This document shows positions 11,481 to 24,285 of a stretch of DNA of 64,000 nt, piece after piece. Under the pieces are notes generated by a model. That model was not told where the DNA came from. It did not search any database and was given only the letters and a program-made list of their open reading frames with translations. The DNA is from Octopus sinensis. Its lineage: Eukaryota. The stretch is taken from NCBI RefSeq assembly GCF_006345805.1, contig NC_043004.1, positions 26,722,001 to 26,786,000 on the forward strand, in the 5' to 3' direction. The position numbers and the translations under genes are program-made. Each line of letters opens with the position of its first letter. The first letter of the stretch is position 1.

Positions 11481-13237
11481 TAACACTTCAAAAATGTTTA
11501 GAAAGTAAACTAGTATAAGAAATAGTCACCTGAGTGTATAAATCCACTTAAAAGTTTCAAAATTGTGACAATTTTACTGGTTGTGAGGGAATGGTTATTG
11601 TCTATTAAACATAATGCTGAAACTATTTGTTTTGCAACAACTAGTTTCTACAGGTGAGTTGAATTAAGCTCTGTGACTAAATACATAATATACTTTTGTT
11701 TTGTGATATTTTCATTTCCCAGCTCCATTTTCTTTATTTTTCCCTGTAACCACAAATGTCTGAAGAAAATGCATTAGACATGTTAAATTCTTGTCTTGTC
11801 TATTTGATAAACCTGAAATTTCTTTTTATTTTAAACTGAAAGAGACAACTGTAACAAGAGGCATTAGCAACATTATATTTGAAAATTATGTTTTCTTCAA
11901 AAATTTCAATAACAGATCTTGAAGATTGATTTTTTTTTTCTCAAATTAAGTTTACAAGTTTGTTTACAAGTTGATTTATCAAGTTTGTTGTTCACCATTC
12001 TGGATCAGTAAGTGTTGTAAACAGACTTTCAATTTACAATTTTGCTCCCTTGTATTATAAAATTGTTTTATAAGTTTTTCATATTTAGTTTAAAGAAATT
12101 ATAATATAATTATAATTTTGTACAGAAGTTGAACAATGTCAAAAGAGTCAATTAAATAAAAAAAATTGAAGCCAAAAGTTTTGGAGAATGGAAATTATTT
12201 TTAACAATAAAAAAAAACAAAACAAATTAAAGAGAAGAACCATCTTGTTTACTGGAACAAAAAATTTTGCAGACATAAACATATACTTACTAATGTATAT
12301 ATACGCACTTATATTTACCTAGATATATGATGATAAACTTACAAATGTTGCCACGCATATTCAATCAGATGAATAAAAGATACTATGATATTTCTTAATG
12401 ATCTGTGAAAGTGGTATAAACATTAAGAGAACATATTTAAAAGACAATTGTAAAAAAGAAATAAAATATAAATTCTTTCTTCTTGTTTCTGTCTTTTGTC
12501 TATTTTCTACCTTCAAAAATACTTAATGTTATATTTCCAGGAGAACAAAAGTATTAAATTACATACCTCAGTATTTAGCCTTGATTCCTTTAACAATATG
12601 CTAGTTCTTGTCCAATCACTACAAGGTAGTGATTGGTAGGTTGTCATTATCATTATGTTCTACAGTAAATAATCACTAATGGTGATCTGATATACATTAC
12701 TGCAACCACTTTTATTTTAATCAATTAACCTGGGAAGAGACAGCACATCCTACTTTACAGATCCGCCAAACCCGTTGGGATGGAAAGACAGGGAAATATT
12801 TGCAAAACAGAGCTGGCCTGAATATTTGCAACACAGTTAACTCTTCTAAAAGTAGCCAAGGTGCCAGGCAAGAGTGTTAAACCAAGCAATGGACTGTACA
12901 CACCACACATAACAGCAGTTGAACTCAAAATGCAAAGAGCTAGAACAAACATCACAAGGCACCCAATATGCATTCTTGTATTTCTGTCAATTCACTGTCC
13001 TAGATTGGATATATTTTACTGATTCTGAAATGATGAAAGTAAATATGACATTGTAGGATTTGAACTCAGTATAGAGAATAGAACAAACACCACAAGGTAG
13101 TCTATTCTCTGCTCTCACAACTCTGTCATTTGGTCATCTTCACAGTTATATATATTGGTATAACCTTTTATTTATTTATTATTATTATGGCCGTATTCCA
13201 GTATATATAACTCCTTAGAAGTTACTGAGGGAAGTGT

Positions 13238-13487
13238 GGAGACAGATAGCCTAGTGGTTAGAGCAGCGGACTCGTGGTTGAGGGATCGCGGTTCGAATCT
13301 CAGACCAGGCGATGTGTGTGTTTATGAGCGAAACACCTAAGCTCCACGCGGCTCTGGCAGAAGGTAATGGCGAACTTCTGCTGACACTTTCACCACAACT
13401 TTCTCTCACTCTTTTCTCCTGCATCTTGCAGCTCACCTGCAACGGACCGGCATCCAAGGAAACTGGGAAGGCATGGCTCGAGAAGGA
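13238..13487 (+). mobile_element. tRNA-derived SINE, family 3, with a 14-bp TSD
   Basis: A-box TAGCCTAGTGG and B-box GGTTCGAATC. ACTGAGGGAAGTGT is repeated at 13224-13237 and 13488-13501. Confidence 0.85.
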
Positions 13488-14109
13488 ACTGAGGGAAGTG
13501 TCTTGATCAAATTTATTTCAAAACTGTTTCTAAATAATCCATATACTGGTTCATATATAAATGTATGTGTATGTGCATGAGTGTATATTATATATATATC
13601 CCTTGAGGGATTGATGCTAGATGTATTGAAATAATTGTCGTGATTAATAAATTCTCGTATCTTCCAGCTTCTGTCTTTCATTTGCTATATATATATATAA
13701 ACAGCAGTTTGCAGTGTTTCCCCCAAAAAAGAGAATTACAAATGTCACTAAATGTGATTAGGGTGTTAGGAAACACCTACATTGTTAGAAATAAGAGCTA
13801 AACTACACTAAATCATCTAATTTGGATGAGGAAAGAATAAATATTAATAGTGAAGCAAGTCAAGAAAGAGCCAAACAATTAAGCAGTCTTAACTGATAAG
13901 GCAGTGCATCAGTATTAAGCATTTTTGATCAGCACTTTTTAAACAATTATGGTCCCTGTTAGTGTATATGTTTTCATTCATGTGTGTTAACTACAGCATT
14001 AGAGTGTTTTAGCTCTTATTTCTAGCAACGTAAGTGTTTCCTAACACTCTAGTCACATTTAGTGACATTTGTATTTCTCCTTTTTGATGAAACATTGCTG
14101 TTTATATTA

Positions 14110-16323
14110 ATTTCATATACTGCACCAGGCTTCAGTCTCATCTGGCAGTGTTTCTACAGCTGGATACCCTTCATAACGCCAACCACTCTGTGAGTGTAGT
14201 GGGTGCTTTTTATGTGCCACCAGCACAGGGGCCAGAGGAGGCTGGCAAACAGCCACGATCAGTTGGTACTTTTTACGTGTCACCGACACGGACGCCAGTC
14301 AGGCTGTGCTGGCATAAGCTACATTTGGACGGTGCTTTTTACATGTCACTGGCACAGGTATCTTAACTACAATTTCCATTTGATTTTTAATTTGATGTTG
14401 GTGTTGACGTACTTGACTCAATAGGTCTTCTCAAGAACAGCGGGTCACTCTACGATCCAACATTAACAAAGCAGGCCATCCTACAAGCCATGAACTCACT
14501 TCATTTGTTGGTGTCTTCACAGTCACAGCATATCTCAGTGGTTTCAGTCTTCGTCATTTCCTCTGTGAGGCCCTATGTGCCACTGGCACGGGTATCACAA
14601 CTACAATATCCATTTGATTTTTATTTTGATGTTGATATACTTTATACAATAAGTCTCCTCAAGCACAGCAGGCCGTCCTGCAAACCATGAACTCACTTCT
14701 TTTGTCGGGTCTTTGAAGTCACAGCATATCTCCAGAGGTCTCGGTCTTTTGTCATAGCCTCTGTGAGGCTCAACGTACGAAGGTCATGCTTGACCACCTC
14801 ATCCCATGTCTTCCTGGGTCTACTTCTACCCCGGATTCCTTCAACAGTTTGGGAGTGGCACTTCTTCCACATCTCTCCTCATCCATCCGTAGTACATGAC
14901 CAACGCAAACGTCTTTCCTGCACGCCACATCCGATGCTTCTTATGTCCAACAATTCTCCCAGAGCGCTTACACTCTGTCGTGCATGGACACTGATATCAC
15001 ACTAATCATGCTAGCTTCATTTCATTCGAGCCTATGAATGTCCTCTGCAGTCATGGCCCATGTTTCACTGCCATGAAGCATGGCAATTCACACACATGCG
15101 TCATACAATCTACCTTTCACTTTGAGTGAGAGACCCTTTGTCACCACTAGAGGAAGAAGCTTTCTAAACTTTGCTCAGGCTATTCTTATTCTAGTGGTGA
15201 CACTCTCTGAACATCCACCCCCACTACTAACTTGGTCAGCTAGTTAGCGGAAATTAACAACTATTTCTAGTTTCTCCCCCTGGAGTGTGATGGAATCTGT
15301 TTTCTGAGTATCAGTGGTGTCTATTGCCCCTGTGCATCTGCTGCACATGAAAGCTATCTTCTTGGTTAATTTTCCTTTGATGTTGCTGCACCTCTTATGT
15401 GTCCATAGCTTACACTGGGTACATCTTATGGAGTTTCTACCTACACCTTTTCTACAGATCGAGCAGGGCCACCTACCTGAAGGGGTGTGTGGTGAGTTTG
15501 CCTTCCTACTTACTAGAACTTTGGTCTTTGCTACATTGACTCTAAGGCCTTTTGATTCTAAACCTAGCTTCCACACACAAAGTTTCTTCTCTAGTTCCGG
15601 TAGTGATTCTGCTATGAGAGCCAGGTCATCAGCATAGAGGAGCTCCCAGCGGCAACCCATCTTGAATTCCTCTGTTATTGCTTGGAGGACTATGATGAAT
15701 AAGAGGGGATTAAGGGCTAAGCCTTGATGGATGCCAACTTCTACCCAGAATTCTTCACTGTACTCATTGCCAATCCTAACCTTACTAACAGTCTCTCTGT
15801 AAAGGGCCTGTACAGCTCTTATTAACCATTCGTCAATCTTCAGTTTCTGCATCACCCACCAGATAAGGGATTGGGGGACCCTATCAAAGGCTTTCTCCAA
15901 GTCAACAAAAGCTAAGTATAGGGGTTCATCTTTGGCTAGGTATTTCTCCTGCAGTTGTCGAACCAGGAATATGGTATCAGTGGTGCTTCTACCCGGCACA
16001 AAACCTAACTGCATTTCATCTATGCAGACTCTCTCCCTGATGAGATGGGCTATGACCCTCTCCGTGACCTTCATCACCTGATCCAGCAGTTTGATACCCT
16101 TGTAGTTTATTTCTATCTAGAGCATCACTTTTACCCTTGTAGCAGTTGACTATGGTGCTGCTACGCCAGTCGTTGGGTATGACTACATCATGAACTACCT
16201 GGTTTACAATGTGGGTGACTAGGCCATAGCCCACACCACCAGATGTTTTAAGCATCTCAGCAGTGATTCCTGATGGGCCAGGGCTTTTCCTGGTTTGATA
16301 CCCTTAATTGCTTTATCTACTAG
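14110..16323 (-). mobile_element. RTE LINE, 5'-truncated and degenerate (RT, PHD-like finger, 3' UTR)
   Basis: ORF 15244-16077 has FVDLEKAFDRV, GIHQG, LLYADDL and CSIC..CTQC..HKRC..CSRC. Its 3' UTR matches the other copies. Confidence 0.95.
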
Positions 16324-16528
16324 CACGCCGGGCAAAATGCGTAGCCGTATTTCGTCTGCCGTTATGTTCTGAGTTCAAATTCCGCCGAGGTCGACTTTGT
16401 CTATCATCCTTTCGGGGGTCGATTAAATAGGTACCAGTTATGCACTGGGGTCGATGTAATTGACTTAATCCATGTATCTGTCCTTGTTTGTCCCTCTGTG
16501 TTTAGCCCCTTGTGGGTAGTAAAGAAAT
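16321..16528 (+). mobile_element. SINE family 2, 5'-truncated
   Basis: Matches 31292-31520 and joins the RTE through a shared TAG. Confidence 0.85.
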
Positions 16529-16530
16529 AT

Positions 16531-16569
<39 letters not shown>

Positions 16570-16578
<9 letters not shown>

Positions 16579-16755
16579 TAATCCAAACAAGAAAACACAG
16601 AAAAAAACACAGCAACGCGAGGACATGGAACAATTAAAGTATTATTTGACGCTCAGGAAAGAAGGGAAGGAGGGTTTAACGTTTCGAGCGGAGCTCTTCG
16701 TTGGAAACAAAGGAGAAGGAAAGATCCCGAGAAGGGAAGACAGAGGAAAAAAATT
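16570..16755 (-). mobile_element. Short PLE-type remnant with a degenerate hammerhead-like motif
   Basis: The minus strand reads GTTT-CCAACGA-A-GAGC-TCC-GCTC-GAAA-CGTT-AAAC and is embedded in (TA)n. Confidence 0.55.
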
Positions 16756-16841
16756 TTTTATTTTGCTGGTGGTGCTCAAGAGATCACATGTTGAAATATA
16801 TATATACATATACATACATATATATACATATATATATATAC

Positions 16842-16892
<51 letters not shown>

Positions 16893-16900
16893 TACATACA

Positions 16901-16934
<34 letters not shown>

Positions 16935-16964
16935 CATACATACATACATACTACATACATACAT

Positions 16965-17000
<36 letters not shown>

Positions 17001-18834
17001 GCATATGTGTGTGTATGGCTCAAATGTGTATTACTGAATGTAGAGAGAATAAGTTTGGTTTCAATTCCTTCACTTTTAAGTTTTTTTAATTATTTTTCAC
17101 CTTACCAAGGAAATTAAACTAAGTCATGTACAATATTATTATATTAGGTGCTGTATAATCATGAAGAATGTGAACTCAAATACATTGTCTGTCTCTATTC
17201 TCTAGTTTTCTGGATTGTGTCAATGATAAATATTATTACTTAGCCAGCTATGAAGTTATGGCAGTGTTTAAGGTTGAAATTTTCCTTACTTGAAGAACCA
17301 ACTGAGAGATTACACAATAGATAATTAATTCTCTTACCTAGTGGAGGTTAACTCTTTCTTTGATCCTGGAGAAGAAAGTGAGAACCTGATCCCATATATT
17401 TCTCTCATAAAATGCTCATCTCTACAAATCCACCTGGAGTTGTCTACTGATCTACAGGAATCTCTTAACTGAACAGTACAAAACAAATTCAATGTTCAAG
17501 GCAAAGTCTATTTTAATAATCTTTCTCTTTTCTCTTTTTACTTGTTTCAGTCATTAGACTGAGGCCATGCTGGGGCACTTAGTACATTTAACCACACTAA
17601 ATTACTTTTTTTTTTTACCATATCATTCAATTACATATAAACACATTTTAAAATCAGATCCGTAACCCAACATTTTAAAAGAATAGCAGTGTTTATTTAC
17701 AACCAACGTATTGAAAAACCTAGCCAAATCTAATCTCATTGCATGTAAGTTTGTTACTGCACTAAAAATCTGTCTTTCTGGTGGTTTTTTTTTTGTTTTG
17801 TCTCAATTAATAAATCAAACAGGAATATGTTCTGTTGATCAATTCATTTTGATTAGGGTTATTTCAAGGAATACATTAATCATGATGGAACTACACTTCC
17901 TCTGTCAATGTCAATATTAAATACAATACACGGCTTTCCTACATGACAAGCTTTCTACAAAGTTATCTCAGCTGAAATCTGACTTCTCTGGTATATCAAT
18001 GCAAATAACATTTGATAGGAATCATATGTATGTATATACATACACCAGTGCACATACACACACACACACACACACTAACGTACATGCACATATGTGTGTG
18101 CTGGTGTATAATGTATAGTACACAGAGTGACAAACACACATTCCTGTGCAATATAAGAAGACATATTTATATGTCAGTGTATTATAATTTACCTTCTCAA
18201 TCCATTTACAATCTCAATACACATTCGTTGTAAAGTATATAAATTCCATTTATACATAGCTATGTATTAAGTCCATATTATAGATTAATGGAGTTACCTA
18301 TGTGGATATTAAAACTTTTAGCAAATGTAAAGCAGTGTTAGAATGAGAAATGGGATTAGTTGATATATATAACCAGTTATTTGAGTGTGATATATAATTT
18401 GGATATGGTTTTATGATTTCACTAATGCTGGTGACATGAAAAAGCACTCTCTGTAAAGTGCTTTGAGTTAGGAAGGACATCCAGTCATTAAAAAAATCAA
18501 AAACATGCCAATTAAACACTGGAATATGCCACAGTCCTCCCACTCACTGGATCCTGTAAAATTGTTCAACTCATGCCAGGATGGAAGATAGACATTCAAT
18601 GATGATGATAATGGTGATCTCTTTAGAATTTCTCTCTCTCTTTCTCTCACCCCACTCTCTGTCTCTGTCTCTGTCTCTGTCTCTCTCTCTGTATACAGAA
18701 AATAGTAAGAAGCTTGCTCCTGGGTTCAGTCTCACTGCATGGCACCTCAGGAAAGTGCCTTCTACTATAGCTCCAGGCTGACCAAAGTCCTGTGAATTGA
18801 TTTGGTAGAAACTGAAAGAAGCCTGTTGTATATA

Positions 18835-20086
18835 CAGGCTGTGTAAGATATCAGTGGGCAGATTTATGTTTATAAAAAAGAAAACAGATATATGATAACA
18901 GATTATAACTTTATTTATCAAAACATGATATGAGGAAAGAAACCTTCTTTTCTATAATGTTCTTCAATAAAGCCACCTTCAGCTTCAGCAACTGCTTCTT
19001 TATGAGATCTAAATCATCTACATACTCAAATCAAGAATCAAGTGGTCCTGGTTCATTTTGGACATTACTCTGACTATTGCAGCTTTCAAAGAATCTTTGC
19101 TGTTGTGGGTGTGTTCATTGACCTCTCTCTCAACAACTCTCCACATGGATTGAAATCTGGGGAATTAGGAGGCCAAATGTTAGGGGTTATGTGATCATGA
19201 AATTTTTCAGCCATCCTCTGTGTTACTAGAGCCATGTGGGATAGTGCAAAGTCTTATTGAAACACATATGGCCTTCCATTGAAAACACTGTCTATCCAGG
19301 GCTTAACAATTATTTTCAGGACCTCAATGTAAGTGGCAGAGTTAACTCTAAGGCCTTGTGGAAAGAAGTAAGGAGGTAGTTATGTCCTTCGTTCCAGACA
19401 ACCCCTAAAACCATGACACTTGCAGGAAATTTTGTATGCATAACACTTGGAAGTTCAGAAGGGTCTGCACCTGGCCATTTGTCATTTCTTCTGTTAACTT
19501 ATTGATCTTGGTCAAAGTTTTTCTCGTTTGAGAAAAACCAAATCAAATCCTCTTCTGGTAGAATTTTCAGTTTGTTTAAGAGGCTTTTAGATCTGATATA
19601 GTGAGTTTCTTTTGCTTTTCTGACAAATTGACTTTTCCTCATCATATAACAATTATATCGGATGTTTTCATAGACAACATTTCTGATTGTTCCTTCTGAC
19701 CCATGGACATCTTTTGCAATGGACTTCATGGTCTTTCTAGGATTGTAATCCATAGTCTGTTGAACTTGATGGATAAATTCGGTTGTTCTGATGGTTTCAG
19801 AGTGTTTAGAAGGCATTTTATGCTTTGATACCAGTGATACATTTCCATCTTCATCTCTAGCTCCTTACAAACTTTGTAGATGAAAGATCTGGCAACTTTT
19901 AAAGATCAAAATATTTCTAAATCACTATACTCAGAGTTTACGACCACAATAACAGCATGCCTTCTCATTTCTTGAGTAAGCTGAGGGCCTGTCATTATCA
20001 TTTTCTGAAACAAAATTATACAGAGTTAGCAAAAAGTGCACCAATGACCCCAAAAAGGTATGTCCTCAGATACCTTACACATCCTA
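18835..20086 (-). mobile_element. Tc1/mariner maT-type (DD37D-like) transposon, full length but decayed
   Basis: TA flanks, imperfect TIRs (CAGGCTGTGTAAGATATC versus TAGGATGTGTAAGGTATC), 1252 bp. Remnants read WFFSNEKNFDQDQ and IWPPNSPDFNP. Confidence 0.85.
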
Positions 20087-20171
20087 TATACATATATATA
20101 TATATACATATATATATACATATATATATACATATATATATATATTATATATATATATAATATATATATAC

Positions 20172-20202
<31 letters not shown>

Positions 20203-20289
20203 TGTATATATATGTATATATATGTGTGTGTTTTTGTGTGTGTGTGTGTGTATGTATTTATGCATGTATGTATATATGTATGTTATGTC

Positions 20290-20740
20290 AGGTCACTTTC
20301 GAGTGCTACTGGTAACATGTAACCTAGTACAACCTGTTGCATGGTTGGGTCGTCGGTGACTAAACGGGCAACCCCACCAAGCTTGCTTGGTGAGTGAGGA
20401 GGATGTTTATTTGGCACCCTGTGGGATGAAAAACAAAGCCTGTCAAAGGGCGGAGGAACTCTTGAGAGTCAACGGCCATCCAATAAATGTCTTATGGCTG
20501 TATCATGCGCGGGGACATAGAAATAATCGGACTGAATACCCGATCGCGCGGTTAAACCATTGGGAGTGAAGGACTCCTAGCCTTTATTAGGGCATCCTTC
20601 TAGGAGAAGGTAACTGGGATAACTCCGACATAAAACCTGCAGCTCAGTGGTTACCGATGATGTTGACTTGTTCTTCTTTTCGGATTATGGCTGCTGTTGC
20701 CTAGTGAGTGGGATTGATTCAGTGCACAGCCTTTCCTCAC
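20290..20740 (+). mobile_element. GC-richer dispersed-repeat-like segment, possibly a LINE 5' UTR
   Basis: Abrupt composition change between microsatellites, small hairpins, no ORF. The family assignment is inference. Confidence 0.3.
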
Positions 20741-20884
20741 TTTAAAAAAAATCTTCTTGCACAGGCAATGCACGATAAAAACATTGATTAAGCTTCGTGC
20801 AATGGCCATACTCGATAACGAGGGGACAGCCACCATGTATGTATGTATATATATATATATATATGTATATATATACTTCAATAT

Positions 20885-21145
20885 GGAGCAAATATTAGGT
20901 CGTCAAGTAATGCCTGAAGCAGCTTATCACCAAATTCAACTGGACATCCTGTTCAATCTTCAACTTCAAGGCTGAAATCTCCATTTCTGAATTTTGCAAA
21001 CCATCTTCTTCAAGTTCTTTCATTCAAGCATTCTTTCCCATAAACTGAGTGTATATTTTGAGTCGGTTCGGCTGCAGAGTTTCCTTTTTTGTACTCATAC
21101 AACATTATGTGCCTTAAATGCTCTTTGGATACTTTCATGTTAGAA
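20885..21145 (-). mobile_element. mariner transposase N-terminal fragment
   Basis: MKVSKEHLRHIMLYEYKKGNSAAE...RRWFAKFRNGDFSLE (mariner HTH region), with stops. Confidence 0.85.
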
Positions 21146-21889
21146 AGGGTTTTAATCAAAGAAATTTTAATTCTATTATTCTGTAAAATAATATCTAATT
21201 AGTTTAAACATACACAAATGCATAAAAATAATTTTTAATTCCATTAGACATTCTAAAATACCATTAAATTTCATTCAATTTTAAAAAAGGTAAAATCGGA
21301 CAGAACTTATGGGATGACCTGATATCTCTGTCTATGTATGTATTTTTGTACATCAGAAAAAATTACTATTGACTCAGTTTTGTGATAACATGAAAAAGGA
21401 GCCTTATAGATTTATCTGTTTATTTACTTTCACATATATTATGATCTGTAATCAGAACAGCTCAAACCTAGAGCAAACATATATTTTTTCCACGAAAACA
21501 TACCTGCAATTTTGATTTATACCTAGAGATATTATTGGAACTGATGTATATATTCTACAAAGAAATCAAAATAGATACCGTAACTTACATAGGATCAGAC
21601 ATGGTTAAGAAGCTTGTGTCTTAACCACATCATTGTGAGTTCAATCCCACTGCTTGGAAACTTGGGCAAGTGTCTTTTGCTATAGCTCTGAGCCTTATGA
21701 TTGGATTTGGAAACAGAATCTGAATGAAAGCTATCATACAGTGAAGGGAAATAAATATTCGTACACGTCAAAATTCTTTGTTTATTTAATTTCTAATGAA
21801 CATAAATGGGATATACCAATACTATATATGCATACACATGCATAAACTAAGAATATGCAAATAAAACTAATAAATTATAGTAACCGATT

Positions 21890-23400
21890 CGGCCACTGTA
21901 CATAGGTGGGTGGGATCAGTGATTACAGGCGAGTGGAGGGTGCGAACCAAAGAGGTGCAGAGATGCTGATAAAACGCCGTCTGGAAATTCTGGGGGAGCT
22001 AGCTGACGAGTTTGACCTGAGGCTGAGTGTGGTTTTTGGGTCCTCAGAGAGGAATAGAGTGGACGTCCTGATCAGAGTAAAGAAAGCCTGGTTCAAGGTG
22101 CCAGAGGATCTGGAGCAGCGAGTGGATGCGGTGTGTCGACTGAGTGACTTGCAACTGAGAAGATTGCATACCATGCATCACATGGGGGTGGACAGGACCC
22201 TGTTCTTAGTCAGGAAAGTTGACTCTGACATGACCAGGCAGAGTGTACAGCAAGTAGCTGTGAGCTGTGACAGGTGCCATTGACCCTGCTCTGGGTGTGC
22301 ATGAGGCAGGAAGCATTCTAGTGGAACACAACTGGAAACGACTGGCAGTGGACGTGATGCACTAATGTCAGGGACATACCTCTCAATGGTCGACTATGGA
22401 CTGGGGTGGTTGGCCATATGGAAGGAGATGAAGATGGGACCAGGAGGAAATCACAAGAATACTGAATGAGGTTTCCTAGAACAAGGCCCTGTGGATGAGC
22501 TGCTTGTGGACAATGGCACTGCTTTTTGCTTGGAGGTGCTGGGGGAAATGCTCGACAAGTGGCATGTTAGCCATTTCTTTAAGGCAACACACCGGCCTGT
22601 GGAGAGGTATCATCATCATACCATCAAGACCATAGCAAAGAGGGGCCACATCTCACTGGTTAAGGCTGTTTTTTGGTATAATATGTCACCCAGGACAAAA
22701 CAGGCTGAGGAGTCAGTGCCATATAGAGCAATATTCAAGTATGAGTGGAGGTATCCATGTACTTCATTCCTGCATCCTGTAGAAGAGAAGGAGCATGCCT
22801 TTGTGCAGTTCGGAGAAGAAGTTTGTGTTAAGTCCCCAAATGCACGGTGAACATCACAGTGGGAAAAGGGGACAATAAACGCTGTGAATTCGAGGAACAA
22901 CGATAGCATGCCACAACATGTTTTTGATGTGCACAGGATCATCACTGTGATGGGAGATGGGGCCAACAGTAGAAGTCGGCAGGAACATGCCATGAACTGA
23001 GGCCAGTCCTGAAGTCCCACGGCGGTCACAGAGGGAGCGGTGCCCTCCTCACTGGTTGGTTGATTACAAGACAAGTTATGGTGTGTGGTTGGGGTTGAGA
23101 AGAAGGCGTGGGCGGATTGGTTGAATGATCTTCAGATCGGGTGTGTGTGTAGTGTTATGAGCCAGGCTGTGCTGTAGGGAAGGATTGGAAGTGAGGGGGT
23201 AAGCAGTCCTGTCGGAAGTGGAGCCTGTGGATCCCACTGAAAGTGCCATGGTGGACATACAGCATCAGCGAAGCACGAGGGTCAGTTGGCGGCAAACAGC
23301 ACATCAGAGTGGATGTGTGAGATGGTACAGAAATGGATAGTGCATGTGGATGTAGAGTGAGCCTTGGAGATCGAGGCAGCACGTGGATGTTGAAAGTGAC
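21890..23400 (+). mobile_element. Gypsy-like LTR retrotransposon remnant (end of RNase H, integrase, possible LTR start)
   Basis: HHMGVDRT...CDRC zinc finger, ELLVDNGTAF...VERYH (DDE core) and RRSQRERCPPHWLVDY tail. Confidence 0.85.
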
Positions 23401-23439
23401 TCTTTTTCTGGACTGACAAGTAAGACTACCGTAATTCTC

Positions 23440-23850
23440 ACTTAGCTTCCGTCTTTGTCTTCCTTCACATCACAGATGTCTAGAATCCTCCTTAGGCAAG
23501 TGTCTGATGGAATCTTTCTAAAGCCTTGGTATGTCGTCCAAGTCTCAGAAGAGTACAGGAAGACTGTTAAAATGCAAGATTCATAGATACTAAGCTTGGT
23601 TTTGAAGGTGATACCTCTATCAGACCACACATGATTTTCAAGCTTTCCAAATGCTTTGCTGGCATTTTCAATTCTCAGGTTTGTTTCAGAATCAAGGGAT
23701 CCATCTTCTAACATCTTTATTCAGGATACAAGATTAGTTGTGGTTGACTCATTCATCTACCTTGGCAGCACTCTATCTAGAGATGGATCCCTTGATTCTA
23801 AAATAAGCCTGAGAATTGAAAAAGTCAGCAAAGTATTTGGAAGACTTGAC
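23440..23850 (-). mobile_element. BovB-type RTE fragment with an inverted 5' part
   Basis: Minus: DGSLDSETNLRIENASKAFGKL...KTKLSIY...LYSSETW. Plus: [36 protein letters not shown]. Confidence 0.85.
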
Positions 23851-24062
23851 ATATAAAAATACACACACACACACACATATACATAAATTTATACATATGT
23901 ATATATGTATGTGTATATATGTATATATATATATGTATATATATGTATATATATGTATATATATATGTATATATATATCTATATATATATATATGTAGGT
24001 CCCGGGTTGAGTCGGGGTTAACCACAGTAAATAAGGTACTCAATACATAGCAGAGTAAATTA

Positions 24063-24194
24063 ATTTATTATATAGAAGGAGCTTCTACAGGACTAGAACT
24101 GTTTCATTCAAAAGAAATCATCAGGAAGCTTCCTGATGATTTCTTTTGAATGAAACAGTTCTAGTCCTGTAGAAGCTCCTTCTATATAATAAAT
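24063..24194. ncRNA. Perfect 132-bp palindrome encoding a type I hammerhead-ribozyme fold on both strands
   Basis: Plus strand 24127-24177: AGCTTC-CTGATGA-T/TTC-TTTT-GAA/T-GAAA-CAG-(8 nt)-CTG-TA-GAAGCT. The mirror copy is on minus 24130-24080. Activity untested. Confidence 0.7.
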
Positions 24195-24221
24195 ATATAT
24201 ATATATATCTATATATATATA

Positions 24222-24285
<64 letters not shown>

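Noticed and set aside
12612-12636. 11-bp hairpin CCAATCACTAC/GTAGTGATTGG
   Set aside because: Too short and isolated; not distinguishable from chance or a tiny local duplication.
13238-13312. tRNA gene
   Set aside because: The tRNA-like head continues into a SINE body bounded by TSDs and has no Pol III terminator right after the cloverleaf.
20290-20420. HDV-like ribozyme (GGTCACT/GGTGACT P1-like pairing and CACCAAGC hairpin)
   Set aside because: I could not place P2, P3/L3, the P1.1 GG or a J4/2 catalytic C in the correct order.
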